In this document: positions 48,190 to 56,456 of the stretch, in pieces
How the letters are laid out: each line of letters begins with the position of its first letter
Numbering within the stretch: position 1 is the stretch's first letter
From: Spirochaetia bacterium
GTDB taxonomy: Bacteria > Spirochaetota > Spirochaetia > DSM-2461
Reading direction: 5' to 3'
DNA: 64,000 nt
NCBI GenBank assembly: GCA_963668315.1
Contig: OY764216.1
Span: 2,784,001 to 2,848,000 of the forward strand
The notes under the pieces: model-generated
Seen by the model: only the letters and a program-made list of their open reading frames with translations
The model's database searches: none
Told to the model about the DNA's origin: nothing
Program-made: the position numbers and the translations under genes

Positions 48190-49341
48190 ATGAAAGAAAC
48201 CCTGGACAGAATTTTCCATACGACCCGCTCCATAAGAAACGGGATGATTCTGCTTATGGCCGTCGGGCTGGTGTTTGTCCTGAAGATGCTATCTTCCCTT
48301 ATTCTCCCTCTGGTAATGGCCATACTCCTGACGCTCATCGTGCTTCCTCTGATCTATTGGCTGAAAGATAAAGGGTGGCCCCTCGCCCTTATTGTCCCTG
48401 TCATCGCCCTTATTACCCTGGCTCTGGTTTTTTTCATTTTTTCCATTTTCATTAATGCCCTTACGGAAGTCGTGGGACAGCAGGACGAACTCTATATCAT
48501 GCTGGAAAAGAAGGTTAACCGCCTGGTCGACCTGATCAATCTCAAGTATTCCCTGAATACGAGCGGAGAGGAAGCTTTTAACTGGCTTGTGGGAGAGTTC
48601 GATGTGGATCGGGTGGAATCCATGGTCAGGACCGCCGCTTCCGGTGTCGGCTCATTCGGCAGATCCTTTTTCCTGTTTATGCTTTACTACATTTTCCTGC
48701 TCGCCGGTTCCTCCGGCTACCGGGAGTATGTGGACTTCGTGGCCCAGGATGATCACAGGCTTATGCTGACCATTAGTTCGGTCCAGAACTCCATATCCAC
48801 CTATATGGCTATAAAAAGCGCCATCAGTCTCGCCACGGCACTTATCGTTTTTTTCATCTGTACCATTATGAATATCGAGTTTGCTTTTCTCTGGAGTGTA
48901 CTGACATTCTTTCTGAATTTTGTCCCCAGTATCGGTTCCATCATCGCGACGATTCCGCCGGTCATCATGGCGTTTATTCAGTACGACACCTTTACTCCCA
49001 TGATTGTCACCCTTTCTCTTCTGACCGCCACACAGATGACCATAGGGAACTTCATGGATCCGAAGATCATGGGCGATAAACTCAGGCTGAATACGGTCAC
49101 CGTAGTCTTTGGACTGGTCTTCTGGGGCTATATATGGGGTATTCCGGGAAGCCTTTTATCCGTTCCTATGATGGTTTGCGTCAAATTGATGTTGGAACAA
49201 TCGGAATCTTTGAGTATACTGGCACGTGTTATGGGATATCCCGATAAGGAGTCCCAGATTAGAACACGAAGGAGATTAAGACGCCATGACAGCCGATCAA
49301 CTATACAATCAATTAAAGAAGATACGCTTCGAGAAGAGTGA
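48190..49341 (+). CDS. AI-2E family transporter
   Basis: Multi-TM; FLNFVPSIGS, QMTIGNFMDPKIMG..L.LN, FWGYIWGIPG.LLSVPM. Confidence 0.9.
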   Translation: MKETLDRIFHTTRSIRNGMILLMAVGLVFVLKMLSSLILPLVMAILLTLIVLPLIYWLKDKGWPLALIVPVIALITLALVFFIFSIFINALTEVVGQQDELYIMLEKKVNRLVDLINLKYSLNTSGEEAFNWLVGEFDVDRVESMVRTAASGVGSFGRSFFLFMLYYIFLLAGSSGYREYVDFVAQDDHRLMLTISSVQNSISTYMAIKSAISLATALIVFFICTIMNIEFAFLWSVLTFFLNFVPSIGSIIATIPPVIMAFIQYDTFTPMIVTLSLLTATQMTIGNFMDPKIMGDKLRLNTVTVVFGLVFWGYIWGIPGSLLSVPMMVCVKLMLEQSESLSILARVMGYPDKESQIRTRRRLRRHDSRSTIQSIKEDTLREE

Positions 49342-50305
49342 GAACCGCGATGACCTTCGCCGGTTCTGCGAAGAAAAAATACCCGTTATTAATGAAATAA
49401 GAGAGCTGAAGGCCCAGAAGAATGCTCTTATCCTTGCTCATACATATGTTCCGCCGGAGATTATTTACGGAGTGGCCGACCATACGGGGGATTCCTACGG
49501 GCTGAGTAAAAACGCCCGGGATGCCAAGGAGAACCTTATCATTTTTTCCGCCGTTCGCTTCATGGGGGAGACGGCTAAAATCCTCAGCCCCGACAAAGAG
49601 GTCATTGTGCCTGCCGACGATGGTGGCTGTTCACTCGCCGATTCCATAACCGGGGCGGATGTGGAAAAACTCAGGGTGGAAAATCCCGATTATACCTTCG
49701 TATGCTATATCAATACCACCGTGGATGTGAAAGCCGCTTGTGATGTGGTCGTTACCTCTTCCAATGTCTATGATATCGTGGAGAAGCTGGATACGGACAA
49801 AATCTTCTTTGTCCCCGATCGTCTAATGGGACTCAATCTCAGGGCGGAAATGGAGCACAGGGGCGTGAAAAAGGATATCAGGCTCTGGAGCGGCACCTGT
49901 TATGTTCACGAAGAGTTCGATCCGGAAATTATCGAGTCATCCCGGAAAATGTTCCCCCGCCTGCAGATACTTGCCCATCCCGAATGCGATCCCAAAATTA
50001 CCGATGAGGCAGACTATGTGGGAAGTACCACCCAGATGTATGATTACGTGGTCGAAAAAGGGAATACTCCCAGCTATCTTGTCTTTTCCGAGTGCGGTCT
50101 CGCTTCCCGGCTGGAGGCGGAAAAGGGTCCCTTCGATATCGTAGGCTCCTGCATGTTCTGTAAATATATGAAGAGCAATTCCCTGGAGAATATTCTCAGA
50201 GCTTTGAAATCTCCCCGTGAGGATGAGTTTATCCATGTGGAAGAGAGCACGCGTATCAAAGCCCTGGCAGCATTGAACCGCATGTTCGCCGAAGCGGAGA
50301 AGTAG
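49286..50305 (+). CDS. nadA: Quinolinate synthase
   Basis: ILAHTY, GDSYGLS, VRFMGETAKILSP, GGCSLA, YINT, CYVHE, AHPEC, GST, CKYMK (three Fe-S cysteines). Confidence 0.94.
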   Translation: MTADQLYNQLKKIRFEKSENRDDLRRFCEEKIPVINEIRELKAQKNALILAHTYVPPEIIYGVADHTGDSYGLSKNARDAKENLIIFSAVRFMGETAKILSPDKEVIVPADDGGCSLADSITGADVEKLRVENPDYTFVCYINTTVDVKAACDVVVTSSNVYDIVEKLDTDKIFFVPDRLMGLNLRAEMEHRGVKKDIRLWSGTCYVHEEFDPEIIESSRKMFPRLQILAHPECDPKITDEADYVGSTTQMYDYVVEKGNTPSYLVFSECGLASRLEAEKGPFDIVGSCMFCKYMKSNSLENILRALKSPREDEFIHVEESTRIKALAALNRMFAEAEK

Positions 50306-50324
50306 AATTCTATACAGGACTGAT

Positions 50325-51122
50325 ATGAATGATAAAAAATACCTGGTGTCCGATCTTGACGGGACTCTGATCCCCTGGGAAGGTGCCAACCGTCTGGGAA
50401 GTTTCCAGTCTCTGATAGAACTTAAAGGAAAACTGGAAGAGTTCTCCCTGGGATTTATAATCCTGACGGGCCGTTCCCTTCCCAACATTTTCCAGGCTCT
50501 TGATGATTACCCCCTTCCTGAACCGGAACTGATATTCTCTTCGGCCGGTTCCATTCTCTATAAAAAAAATAAGGATGAATGGGTACCCTGCGGCGAGCAC
50601 GGGAGTTATCTGGAAAAACAGAACCCCCGCTGGGACCGGGATGCCATTCTGAGGCGGCTGGAGCCAATCGAAAATTTAAAATATCAGGCGGAAATCCATC
50701 AGGGCCGCTACAAAATTTCCTTCTATCTGCACACCCTGGATTATCGTCCGGTGTTGAAAGAGGCGGAGAGTCTTCTGGGGAATCTTTTGGACACCCTGTC
50801 TATGCAGATTTATCCCGAACCGGATCTGGGCTGGTGCTATCTTGATATCATGGCTATGGAGGCTGATAAGAAAGGGGCTTTAACCTATCTTGCCGCCCAC
50901 GAAATTAACGCTCCCTATGTATTCGCAGGAGATAACTGGAACGATAGAAGCGCCTTCCTGTCCGATCATCCATCCATTCTCGTGAAGAATACGCCGGAAG
51001 AGTTGAAAAAGGAAACAATTCTGAAATCCCCCGGTCAGTATATCACCGCGGGCGAAGGAAGGGATGGAAGATTTGCCGATGGGGTTATGGAAGGTCTGGA
51101 ACATATGGGATGGATAAAATAG
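50325..51122 (+). CDS. HAD-IIB hydrolase, sucrose-phosphate phosphatase-like
   Basis: SDLDGTL, LTGRS, KISF, DK..AL, AGDNWND, GVMEGL. Confidence 0.8.
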   Translation: MNDKKYLVSDLDGTLIPWEGANRLGSFQSLIELKGKLEEFSLGFIILTGRSLPNIFQALDDYPLPEPELIFSSAGSILYKKNKDEWVPCGEHGSYLEKQNPRWDRDAILRRLEPIENLKYQAEIHQGRYKISFYLHTLDYRPVLKEAESLLGNLLDTLSMQIYPEPDLGWCYLDIMAMEADKKGALTYLAAHEINAPYVFAGDNWNDRSAFLSDHPSILVKNTPEELKKETILKSPGQYITAGEGRDGRFADGVMEGLEHMGWIK

Positions 51123-51147
51123 AGGGCGGCTCCTCAAAGCCGCCCTC
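51122..51147. terminator. Hairpin between convergent genes
   Basis: GAGGGCGGCT-CCTCAA-AGCCGCCCTC, a 10-bp perfect stem. Confidence 0.65.
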
Positions 51148-51175
51148 GTGTAATTACTTGTTTATTTGAGAATCC

Positions 51176-51502
51176 TCAGGAATCTTTGAAGCGGTCTTCC
51201 CAGTCCTTCTCCTTATTGTTCAGGTCCTCTTTCATGGAATTGAAACGGTTTTTAAACCGTGAAGTGCCGTCCTCCCTGTCATAGGGGAATTCATCCTTTT
51301 CCGATGAAAAACCATCCCGGGGAGCAGGTTCCAGAAAAAACGCCAATATAAGATATATGAGAAGGGCGGGAACATTCAGAAATATTGCTGCCAGCACGAA
51401 ACCCCACCGGACATACTGGACGGGAAAATCCTTCCAGTCCGCAATACCCTGGCACACGCCCAGGAATTTGCCGTTCCTTGATCTGTATAATTTGTGGGTC
51501 AT
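51176..51502 (-). CDS. pspC: PspC domain protein
   Basis: KLYRSRNGKFLGVCQGIA...VRWGFV...LIYLILAFFL; RBS GGAGG upstream of ATG 51502. Confidence 0.88.
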   Translation of the reverse strand: MTHKLYRSRNGKFLGVCQGIADWKDFPVQYVRWGFVLAAIFLNVPALLIYLILAFFLEPAPRDGFSSEKDEFPYDREDGTSRFKNRFNSMKEDLNNKEKDWEDRFKDS

Positions 51503-51540
51503 CCTTCTTTCTCCTCCGGTGTAATAGTATCTGCTGTGGG

Positions 51541-52203
51541 TCATTTTTTCATACTCTTCTTCAAGGCTTCCAGCTCTTCTTCAACGGAGTCATTTTTCTC
51601 CAGATCGGCGAACTGATCTTCTATATTACTGCTTCCCGTTCCCTTGCCGTACAGGTCGGCTTCGGCTTCCATCCTCTCAATATTGTTCTCCATGCGGTCA
51701 AAACGATCCATAGCCGAGGCGGAAGAAGCCTGACGCATCGATTCACGGGCCTTCTTCTTTTCCTGAGCATGTCTGCCCCTTTGAACCAGCTGACGGTGTT
51801 TCTGTCTGACCTGTTCCAGTTTCTCTTCGAGCTGGGCTATTTCCGAGCGGGACTCATCCACAATCCGCACAAGGTGCTCCCAGTCCTTTGTCAGGTAATC
51901 CAGCTCGCTGAAGCACTTCTGCTTTTCCTGCAGCGCCTCTCTGGCAAGGCTGTCGCGTCCTTTTTCAACAGCCAGTTTGGCCCGCGATTCCCAGCTGGCT
52001 ACTTTTTCTTCGAAGAAGACCTTCTCCCTTTCGATTTTGGCTTTCTCCGCCATTTTGGAAGCGCAGGAAGATTTCAGTTCCACAAGAGTGTCCTCCATCT
52101 CGCGCATCATCAGGTTAATCATCTTTTCCGGATCTTCCGCTTTGTCCAATATTGAATTGATATTGGCGTTGACTATATCTTTGAATCTTGAAAAAACACC
52201 CAT
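51541..52203 (-). CDS. pspA: Phage shock protein A
   Basis: MGVFSRFKDIVNANINSILDKAEDPEKMI, W..RA.LA..KGR..LAREAL, coiled coil. Confidence 0.94.
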   Translation of the reverse strand: MGVFSRFKDIVNANINSILDKAEDPEKMINLMMREMEDTLVELKSSCASKMAEKAKIEREKVFFEEKVASWESRAKLAVEKGRDSLAREALQEKQKCFSELDYLTKDWEHLVRIVDESRSEIAQLEEKLEQVRQKHRQLVQRGRHAQEKKKARESMRQASSASAMDRFDRMENNIERMEAEADLYGKGTGSSNIEDQFADLEKNDSVEEELEALKKSMKK

Positions 52204-52250
52204 TTCATCCTCCTCGCGGTGATTTTTAATTTTCTTGGTACAAATATAAA

Positions 52251-52267
52251 AGCAAAAGCCGTGCCAA
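52251..52267 (-). promoter_or_regulatory. sigma54 (-24/-12) promoter of pspA
   Basis: The minus strand reads TTGGCACGGCTTTTGCT = TGGCAC-N5-TTGC consensus. Confidence 0.88.
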
Positions 52268-52398
52268 TATCCTTAGACGTGTTCTGGGCAGTTCCCGCTC
52301 CTTATGTTACCTGAATGAATAGGAAAAATCCCAAAGGATGGTTAAAGCTGCCATAAGTCTTTTCATGGTTTCCCGTTCTCTTTCCCAAAAAGGTCAAA

Positions 52399-52437
52399 TT
52401 AACCGTACTTTAACAATGCGATAACATTTTCCTTACC
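52399..52437 (+). promoter_or_regulatory. Putative Pho box (four hexamers at 11-bp spacing)
   Basis: TTAACC (52399), TTAACA (52410), ATAACA (52421), CTTACC (52432) upstream of pstS. Confidence 0.65.
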
Positions 52438-52518
52438 TGGAGTAGGCATATTACAGTCATCATTAAGGAAAATAATTTATCGTGACCATATATCAGGTTA
52501 CCGTAAAAGGAGAATGAA

Positions 52519-53364
52519 ATGAAAAAGATTGCCCTTATCGCACTGGCCCTCATTGTATCGGCTGCCCTTTTTGCCAACGGCGGCTCCGAAGCTTCAGAAA
52601 CAACCAAGGCAGAATGGAGCGGTTCCTTCGCTTTCGGCGGATCAACCACTCTTGAACCCATTATCATCGACGCCATTGAAGTCATGCAGGCCCGTTATCC
52701 CGGTGTACAGATATCCTATGACGCTCCCGGATCTTCCGCCGGTGTAAACGGCGCTATCGACGGTACCTATTCTCTCGGCTGCGCGTCCCGTGAATTGAAA
52801 TCCAGTGAGATTGAAAAAGGAGCTGTTGCCACACCCATCGCTCTGGACGGCGTTGCTGTTGTCGTAAATAAAGCTTCTGTCGGAATAGATAATCTGTCCC
52901 TGGAGCAGGTAACCGCTATCTACGCCGGTGAAATTACCAACTGGAAGGAAGTGGGCGGAGCCGATGGCGAGATTGTTGTCATCAACAGAGACGAGGCTTC
53001 CGGAACTAGGGACTGTTTCAACGGTGCAACCGTAAAGGCTGCCAAGAAAAGCTTTGTCGAAACCGCTCTGATCACGACGGGAAACGGAGACATGGTCGCC
53101 AAAGTCGGTTCCACACCCAATGCCATCGGCTACTGTGGATTCGGATACATCACGAAAGATCCCGGCTGCAAAGCTGTCACGGTAAACGAAGTGGCTGCAA
53201 CGGAAGCCAATGTTCTGAATGGTTCCTATGCCATCTCCAGAAAACTGAATGTCATCTCCAAAGGGAAGTTTGCCGAAGGTTCTTTCGAGAAGTTCTTCCT
53301 GGACTACCTGCTGAGTGCTGAAGGTCAGGAAATCGCTGCCTCCAACAAGTTCATCAAGCTTTAA
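52519..53364 (+). CDS. pstS: Phosphate ABC transporter substrate-binding protein
   Basis: GGSTT, GSSAG, ASR, IALDG, GEITNWKEVGG, RDEASGTR, IGY, Y.ISR.L. Confidence 0.9.
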   Translation: MKKIALIALALIVSAALFANGGSEASETTKAEWSGSFAFGGSTTLEPIIIDAIEVMQARYPGVQISYDAPGSSAGVNGAIDGTYSLGCASRELKSSEIEKGAVATPIALDGVAVVVNKASVGIDNLSLEQVTAIYAGEITNWKEVGGADGEIVVINRDEASGTRDCFNGATVKAAKKSFVETALITTGNGDMVAKVGSTPNAIGYCGFGYITKDPGCKAVTVNEVAATEANVLNGSYAISRKLNVISKGKFAEGSFEKFFLDYLLSAEGQEIAASNKFIKL

Positions 53365-53380
53365 GATAAAATAGAGTTTC

Positions 53381-53410
53381 AAAAAAATACCCGCCGATAG
53401 GCGGGTTTTT
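53381..53410. terminator. Bidirectional intrinsic terminator
   Basis: A7 ... ACCCGCC-GATA-GGCGGGT-T run between convergent pstS and rsmD. Confidence 0.8.
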
Positions 53411-53426
53411 CTGTTTAAGGGATACG

Positions 53427-53957
53427 CTAATCCCGTGTATAGAAGATCAGCTGGGAACGTCCGTACTTGCGCAGATCAAACTGCCGCAGAGACCCTATCT
53501 GTTCGGGAAAGGATTCCTCGTCGGGGTAGTGCATCATCAGGACACCCCCTTTTTTCAGTATTCCCTGTTCTTCACAGGCCATAAGGAATTTTTCCTTTCC
53601 CTTGAGAGGGAAGGGAGGATCGAGATGGATGATATCATAATCCCTTTCGCATTGTCGGATAAACTTTTCCGCCGGCATCATAAAAAGTCTGTGCTCTTCA
53701 TCAACCAGGGAAAGATTCTCCAGAATCACTTTCCTTTTGATCATGTCCTTTTCAACCAGGTGGACAGGTGATGCTCCCCGGGAAGCCGCTTCTATGCCGA
53801 TGCAGCCGGAACCGGTAAAAAGATCGAGAAAGGATAATCCGTTCAAATCGCCCAAAATAGAAAACATGGATTCCCTCATTCTATCCATGGCGGGACGGAT
53901 GATTCCTTTGGGACATTTAATCTGCCTGCTTCTATATTTTCCGCCGGTAATTCTCAT
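53427..53957 (-). CDS. rsmD: 16S rRNA (guanine966-N2)-methyltransferase
   Basis: MRITGG, IRP..DRMRESMF, LDLFTGSG.IGIEA.SRGA, DPPF, RKYG. Confidence 0.92.
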   Translation of the reverse strand: MRITGGKYRSRQIKCPKGIIRPAMDRMRESMFSILGDLNGLSFLDLFTGSGCIGIEAASRGASPVHLVEKDMIKRKVILENLSLVDEEHRLFMMPAEKFIRQCERDYDIIHLDPPFPLKGKEKFLMACEEQGILKKGGVLMMHYPDEESFPEQIGSLRQFDLRKYGRSQLIFYTRD

Positions 53958-54087
53958 AGGGATAACCTAGCATAAAAAGGGGAAAGGGCCAACCGCTTGT
54001 CCTATTATTAAATATTGAATTATAGATTTGAAAAAATTAATATAATTAATAAAAAAGTTATATTAAATTAATAATATCAATTATTCG

Positions 54088-54116
54088 TTGACGGAAATGA
54101 ATTTCAGGTCTATTCT
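54088..54116 (+). promoter_or_regulatory. sigma70 promoter of the DUF2089 operon
   Basis: TTGACG-N17-TATTCT preceded by an 85-bp, very AT-rich tract. Confidence 0.6.
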
Positions 54117-54167
54117 GAAAGAGGAAAAACATTCCCTTTCCTTTATGCGGTGATAAAGGAGCGGATA

Positions 54168-54317
54168 ATGAAGATTAGACGAAAACGATTATTGAGTTTC
54201 TGGTTCAGGTTCTTTCGGGTATTTAGATCGGGGAAATTTATTCAATGCAGAAACAGTTGCGACCTGGGAATAGAGAGTGACAAGATGATGTCCTTTTTCG
54301 GCCAGTTTACAATTTAG
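54168..54317 (+). CDS. Small basic hypothetical protein, 49 aa (not in ORF track)
   Basis: MKIRRKRLLSFWFRFFRVFRSGKFIQCRNSCDLGIESDKMMSFFGQFTI; RBS AAAGGAG; its stop overlaps the next RBS (TAGGAG). Confidence 0.55.
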   Translation: MKIRRKRLLSFWFRFFRVFRSGKFIQCRNSCDLGIESDKMMSFFGQFTI

Positions 54318-54329
54318 GAGTGGTAAGTT

Positions 54330-54698
54330 TTGGTACACAGCTGGAAAAAACTGTTAAGCCTGACAGGGGGAAATCTCTTTCGTATTAAACAGATTTTCAT
54401 CCCCTCGGAAAATATCTCTGTGGAGGGGGATTTCGAACTGCCGCCCCTTGCCCGGCTCAGCGGTGAGGATCAGCTCTTCGTATCGGCTTTTATCCAGACT
54501 CACGGATCTATCAAGCAGATGGAGAAGATTTTTCGGATCAGCTATCCTACCGTGAAAAACAGGCTGAATAAAATCGCCTCACAACTTGATATGGTAAACA
54601 TCGTAACGGAGGAGGAACCGGATTCGTCCGAAATCCTTGAAAGGCTGTCTCGGGGGGATATTTCAGTTGATCAGGCGATTGAGGAGATAAAAAAGTGA
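54330..54698 (+). CDS. DUF2089 family HTH protein
   Basis: VEGDFELPPLARLS.EDQLFV.AF...HGSIKQME..F.ISYPTVKNRL, ILERL.RGDISVDQA. Confidence 0.85.
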   Translation: MVHSWKKLLSLTGGNLFRIKQIFIPSENISVEGDFELPPLARLSGEDQLFVSAFIQTHGSIKQMEKIFRISYPTVKNRLNKIASQLDMVNIVTEEEPDSSEILERLSRGDISVDQAIEEIKK

Positions 54699-54966
54699 TT
54701 CCTGTGTGGATAGGACTCCAAATAGGCTCCCGTGGGAGAAGGGGATTTCTTTTTCTGATTCCTCTTTTGTTGGTGTATCTGTTTCTGCTTGTATTTATAT
54801 TACCTTTGATGCTTTCTGCTCTGGTTTTGTTGATTGTAGGAAAAGGAAATAGGAGTCGAAAAATTTCGCCATAAATATGTCTTTATGGGAAATGCTGTTT
54901 AGTGCGAGAGGCTTATCATTTTTCTTTGAAGATGAGAGTGATCGGCTAAGATTATTCATTAAATAA
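54695..54966 (+). pseudogene. Small membrane protein gene interrupted by an apparent 1-bp frameshift
   Basis: GTG 54695 gives a 59-aa TM peptide ending at 54874. One extra A in the A5 run at 54859-54863 gives a 90-aa ORF ending ...LWEMLFSARGLSFFFEDESDRLRLFIK at TAA 54966, next to the following RBS. Confidence 0.5.
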
Positions 54967-54979
54967 GGGAGAATTGACA

Positions 54980-55396
54980 ATGGGTGATGATAAAAGAAAA
55001 ATTCTGGAGATGATCGGGGCGGGGACAATCACCCCGGAAGAGGGAGAAAAACTTCTTGATGCACTGAGCAGGTCAGATGAGCGGAAAGATGATGAAGTTC
55101 CCGATTTTAAGAATAAGAGTCTCTATATTGACGTAAGGTCGAAGAAAAAAGAGGAGAATAAAGAGAAAGTCCATATCCGAATCCCTTTTACCCTTCTTAA
55201 GGCGGGAATAAATATCATGGCTATGATTCCCAAAGAGGCCAAAGAGAACATTGACAGCAAACTGAAAGAGAAAAATATCGATTTCAATCTGAATAGCCTT
55301 TCCGAGGGCAATGTACAGGAATTTATCAAGGCGGTAGAAGATGTTGCCATAGAAGTGGAGGATGAGGATGATTTTATTCAGATCTACTGCCGTTAA
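54980..55396 (+). CDS. SHOCT-like domain protein (DUF2089-operon associated)
   Basis: KRKILEMI.AG.ITPEEGEKLLDAL N-terminus; KVHIRIPF.LLKAG. Confidence 0.75.
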   Translation: MGDDKRKILEMIGAGTITPEEGEKLLDALSRSDERKDDEVPDFKNKSLYIDVRSKKKEENKEKVHIRIPFTLLKAGINIMAMIPKEAKENIDSKLKEKNIDFNLNSLSEGNVQEFIKAVEDVAIEVEDEDDFIQIYCR

Positions 55397-55458
55397 TGGG
55401 CAATTGGTGAAAAGGATTGTCTTAACAAGGCACCATAAGTTGACTATAATAGGCAATT

Positions 55459-56445
55459 ATGGCCGAAAGGGATAGAAATAAACAGGAAGGATTAGGCGAA
55501 TCTGAGGAATTCCTCAATTTTCAAAGTCAGTTAAGTCGCGCCGCCCGGGTTGACCGTTCAGTATTGATCATAGGAGAACGGGGTTCCGGTAAAGAACTGG
55601 CCGCATCACGTATCCATTACCTCTCCAACAGGTGGGACGGGCCTCTCGTCACGCTCAATTGTGCCGCCCTGCCTCCTTCGCTTATCGAAACTGAATTGTT
55701 CGGCCATGAATCGGGAGCCTACACGGGAGCTTCCGCCAGACGTAAGGGCCGTTTTGAGGAAGCCCACGGGGGAACTCTGTTTCTTGATGAGATAGGTCTG
55801 ATCCCCCTGGAAGTGCAGGAGAAAATCCTCCGAGCTGTGGAATACGGCTCCTTTGAGCGGGTCGGGTCTTCGAAGCCCATCGAAGTGGACGTACGCATTG
55901 TGGGAGCAACCAATGCCGATCTTCCCGCCCTTTGCGATGAAGGAAAGTTCAAGCGTGATCTACTGGACAGGCTCTCCTTTGAGGTGTTGTTTATTCCTCC
56001 CCTGAGGGAACGGACCAGCGATATCAATTTGCTGGCCTTTTACTTTGCCAATCATATGGCCATGGAACTGGAGATCAGGGAAAATGTGGAATTCACGGAA
56101 GAAGTTTTGTTTCAGTTTAATTCCTATTCCTGGCCCGGGAATGTCCGGGAATTGAAAAACGTGGTTGAGAGGGCCGTATACAGCACCGATTCCTTTCCCA
56201 TTTCCCAGGTGAGGTTCGATCCGTTCAAGAATCCCTATGTCCGGGATGAGAAAAGCGGTTTCGATACGGATGATCTAGGAGGCTTTAAGGAAGCTGTGAG
56301 AGAGCTGGAAATCGCTTATGTACAGTCAGCACTCGAGAAAACCCGTTTTAATCAAAAGAAAGCCGCGGAACAGCTGGGTATAACCTATGATCAGTTCCGC
56401 GGTTTATATAGAAAATACAGCGATCAACTGTCCGAACCGGACTGA
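55459..56445 (+). CDS. pspF: Phage shock protein operon sigma54 activator
   Basis: No N-terminal regulatory domain; GERGSGKEL, IHYLS.RW.GP, ELFGHE.GAYTGA, LFLDE, DLLDRL, WPGNVRELKN, FNQKKAA..LG.TYDQFRG. Confidence 0.92.
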   Translation: MAERDRNKQEGLGESEEFLNFQSQLSRAARVDRSVLIIGERGSGKELAASRIHYLSNRWDGPLVTLNCAALPPSLIETELFGHESGAYTGASARRKGRFEEAHGGTLFLDEIGLIPLEVQEKILRAVEYGSFERVGSSKPIEVDVRIVGATNADLPALCDEGKFKRDLLDRLSFEVLFIPPLRERTSDINLLAFYFANHMAMELEIRENVEFTEEVLFQFNSYSWPGNVRELKNVVERAVYSTDSFPISQVRFDPFKNPYVRDEKSGFDTDDLGGFKEAVRELEIAYVQSALEKTRFNQKKAAEQLGITYDQFRGLYRKYSDQLSEPD

Positions 56446-56456
56446 AGGATGGAATA

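Noticed and set aside
52341..52358. Shared CCATAAGT octamer upstream of pspA (52351) and pspF (55433) as a PspF binding site
   Set aside because: Only 8 bp in two copies, which cannot be distinguished from chance without more data.
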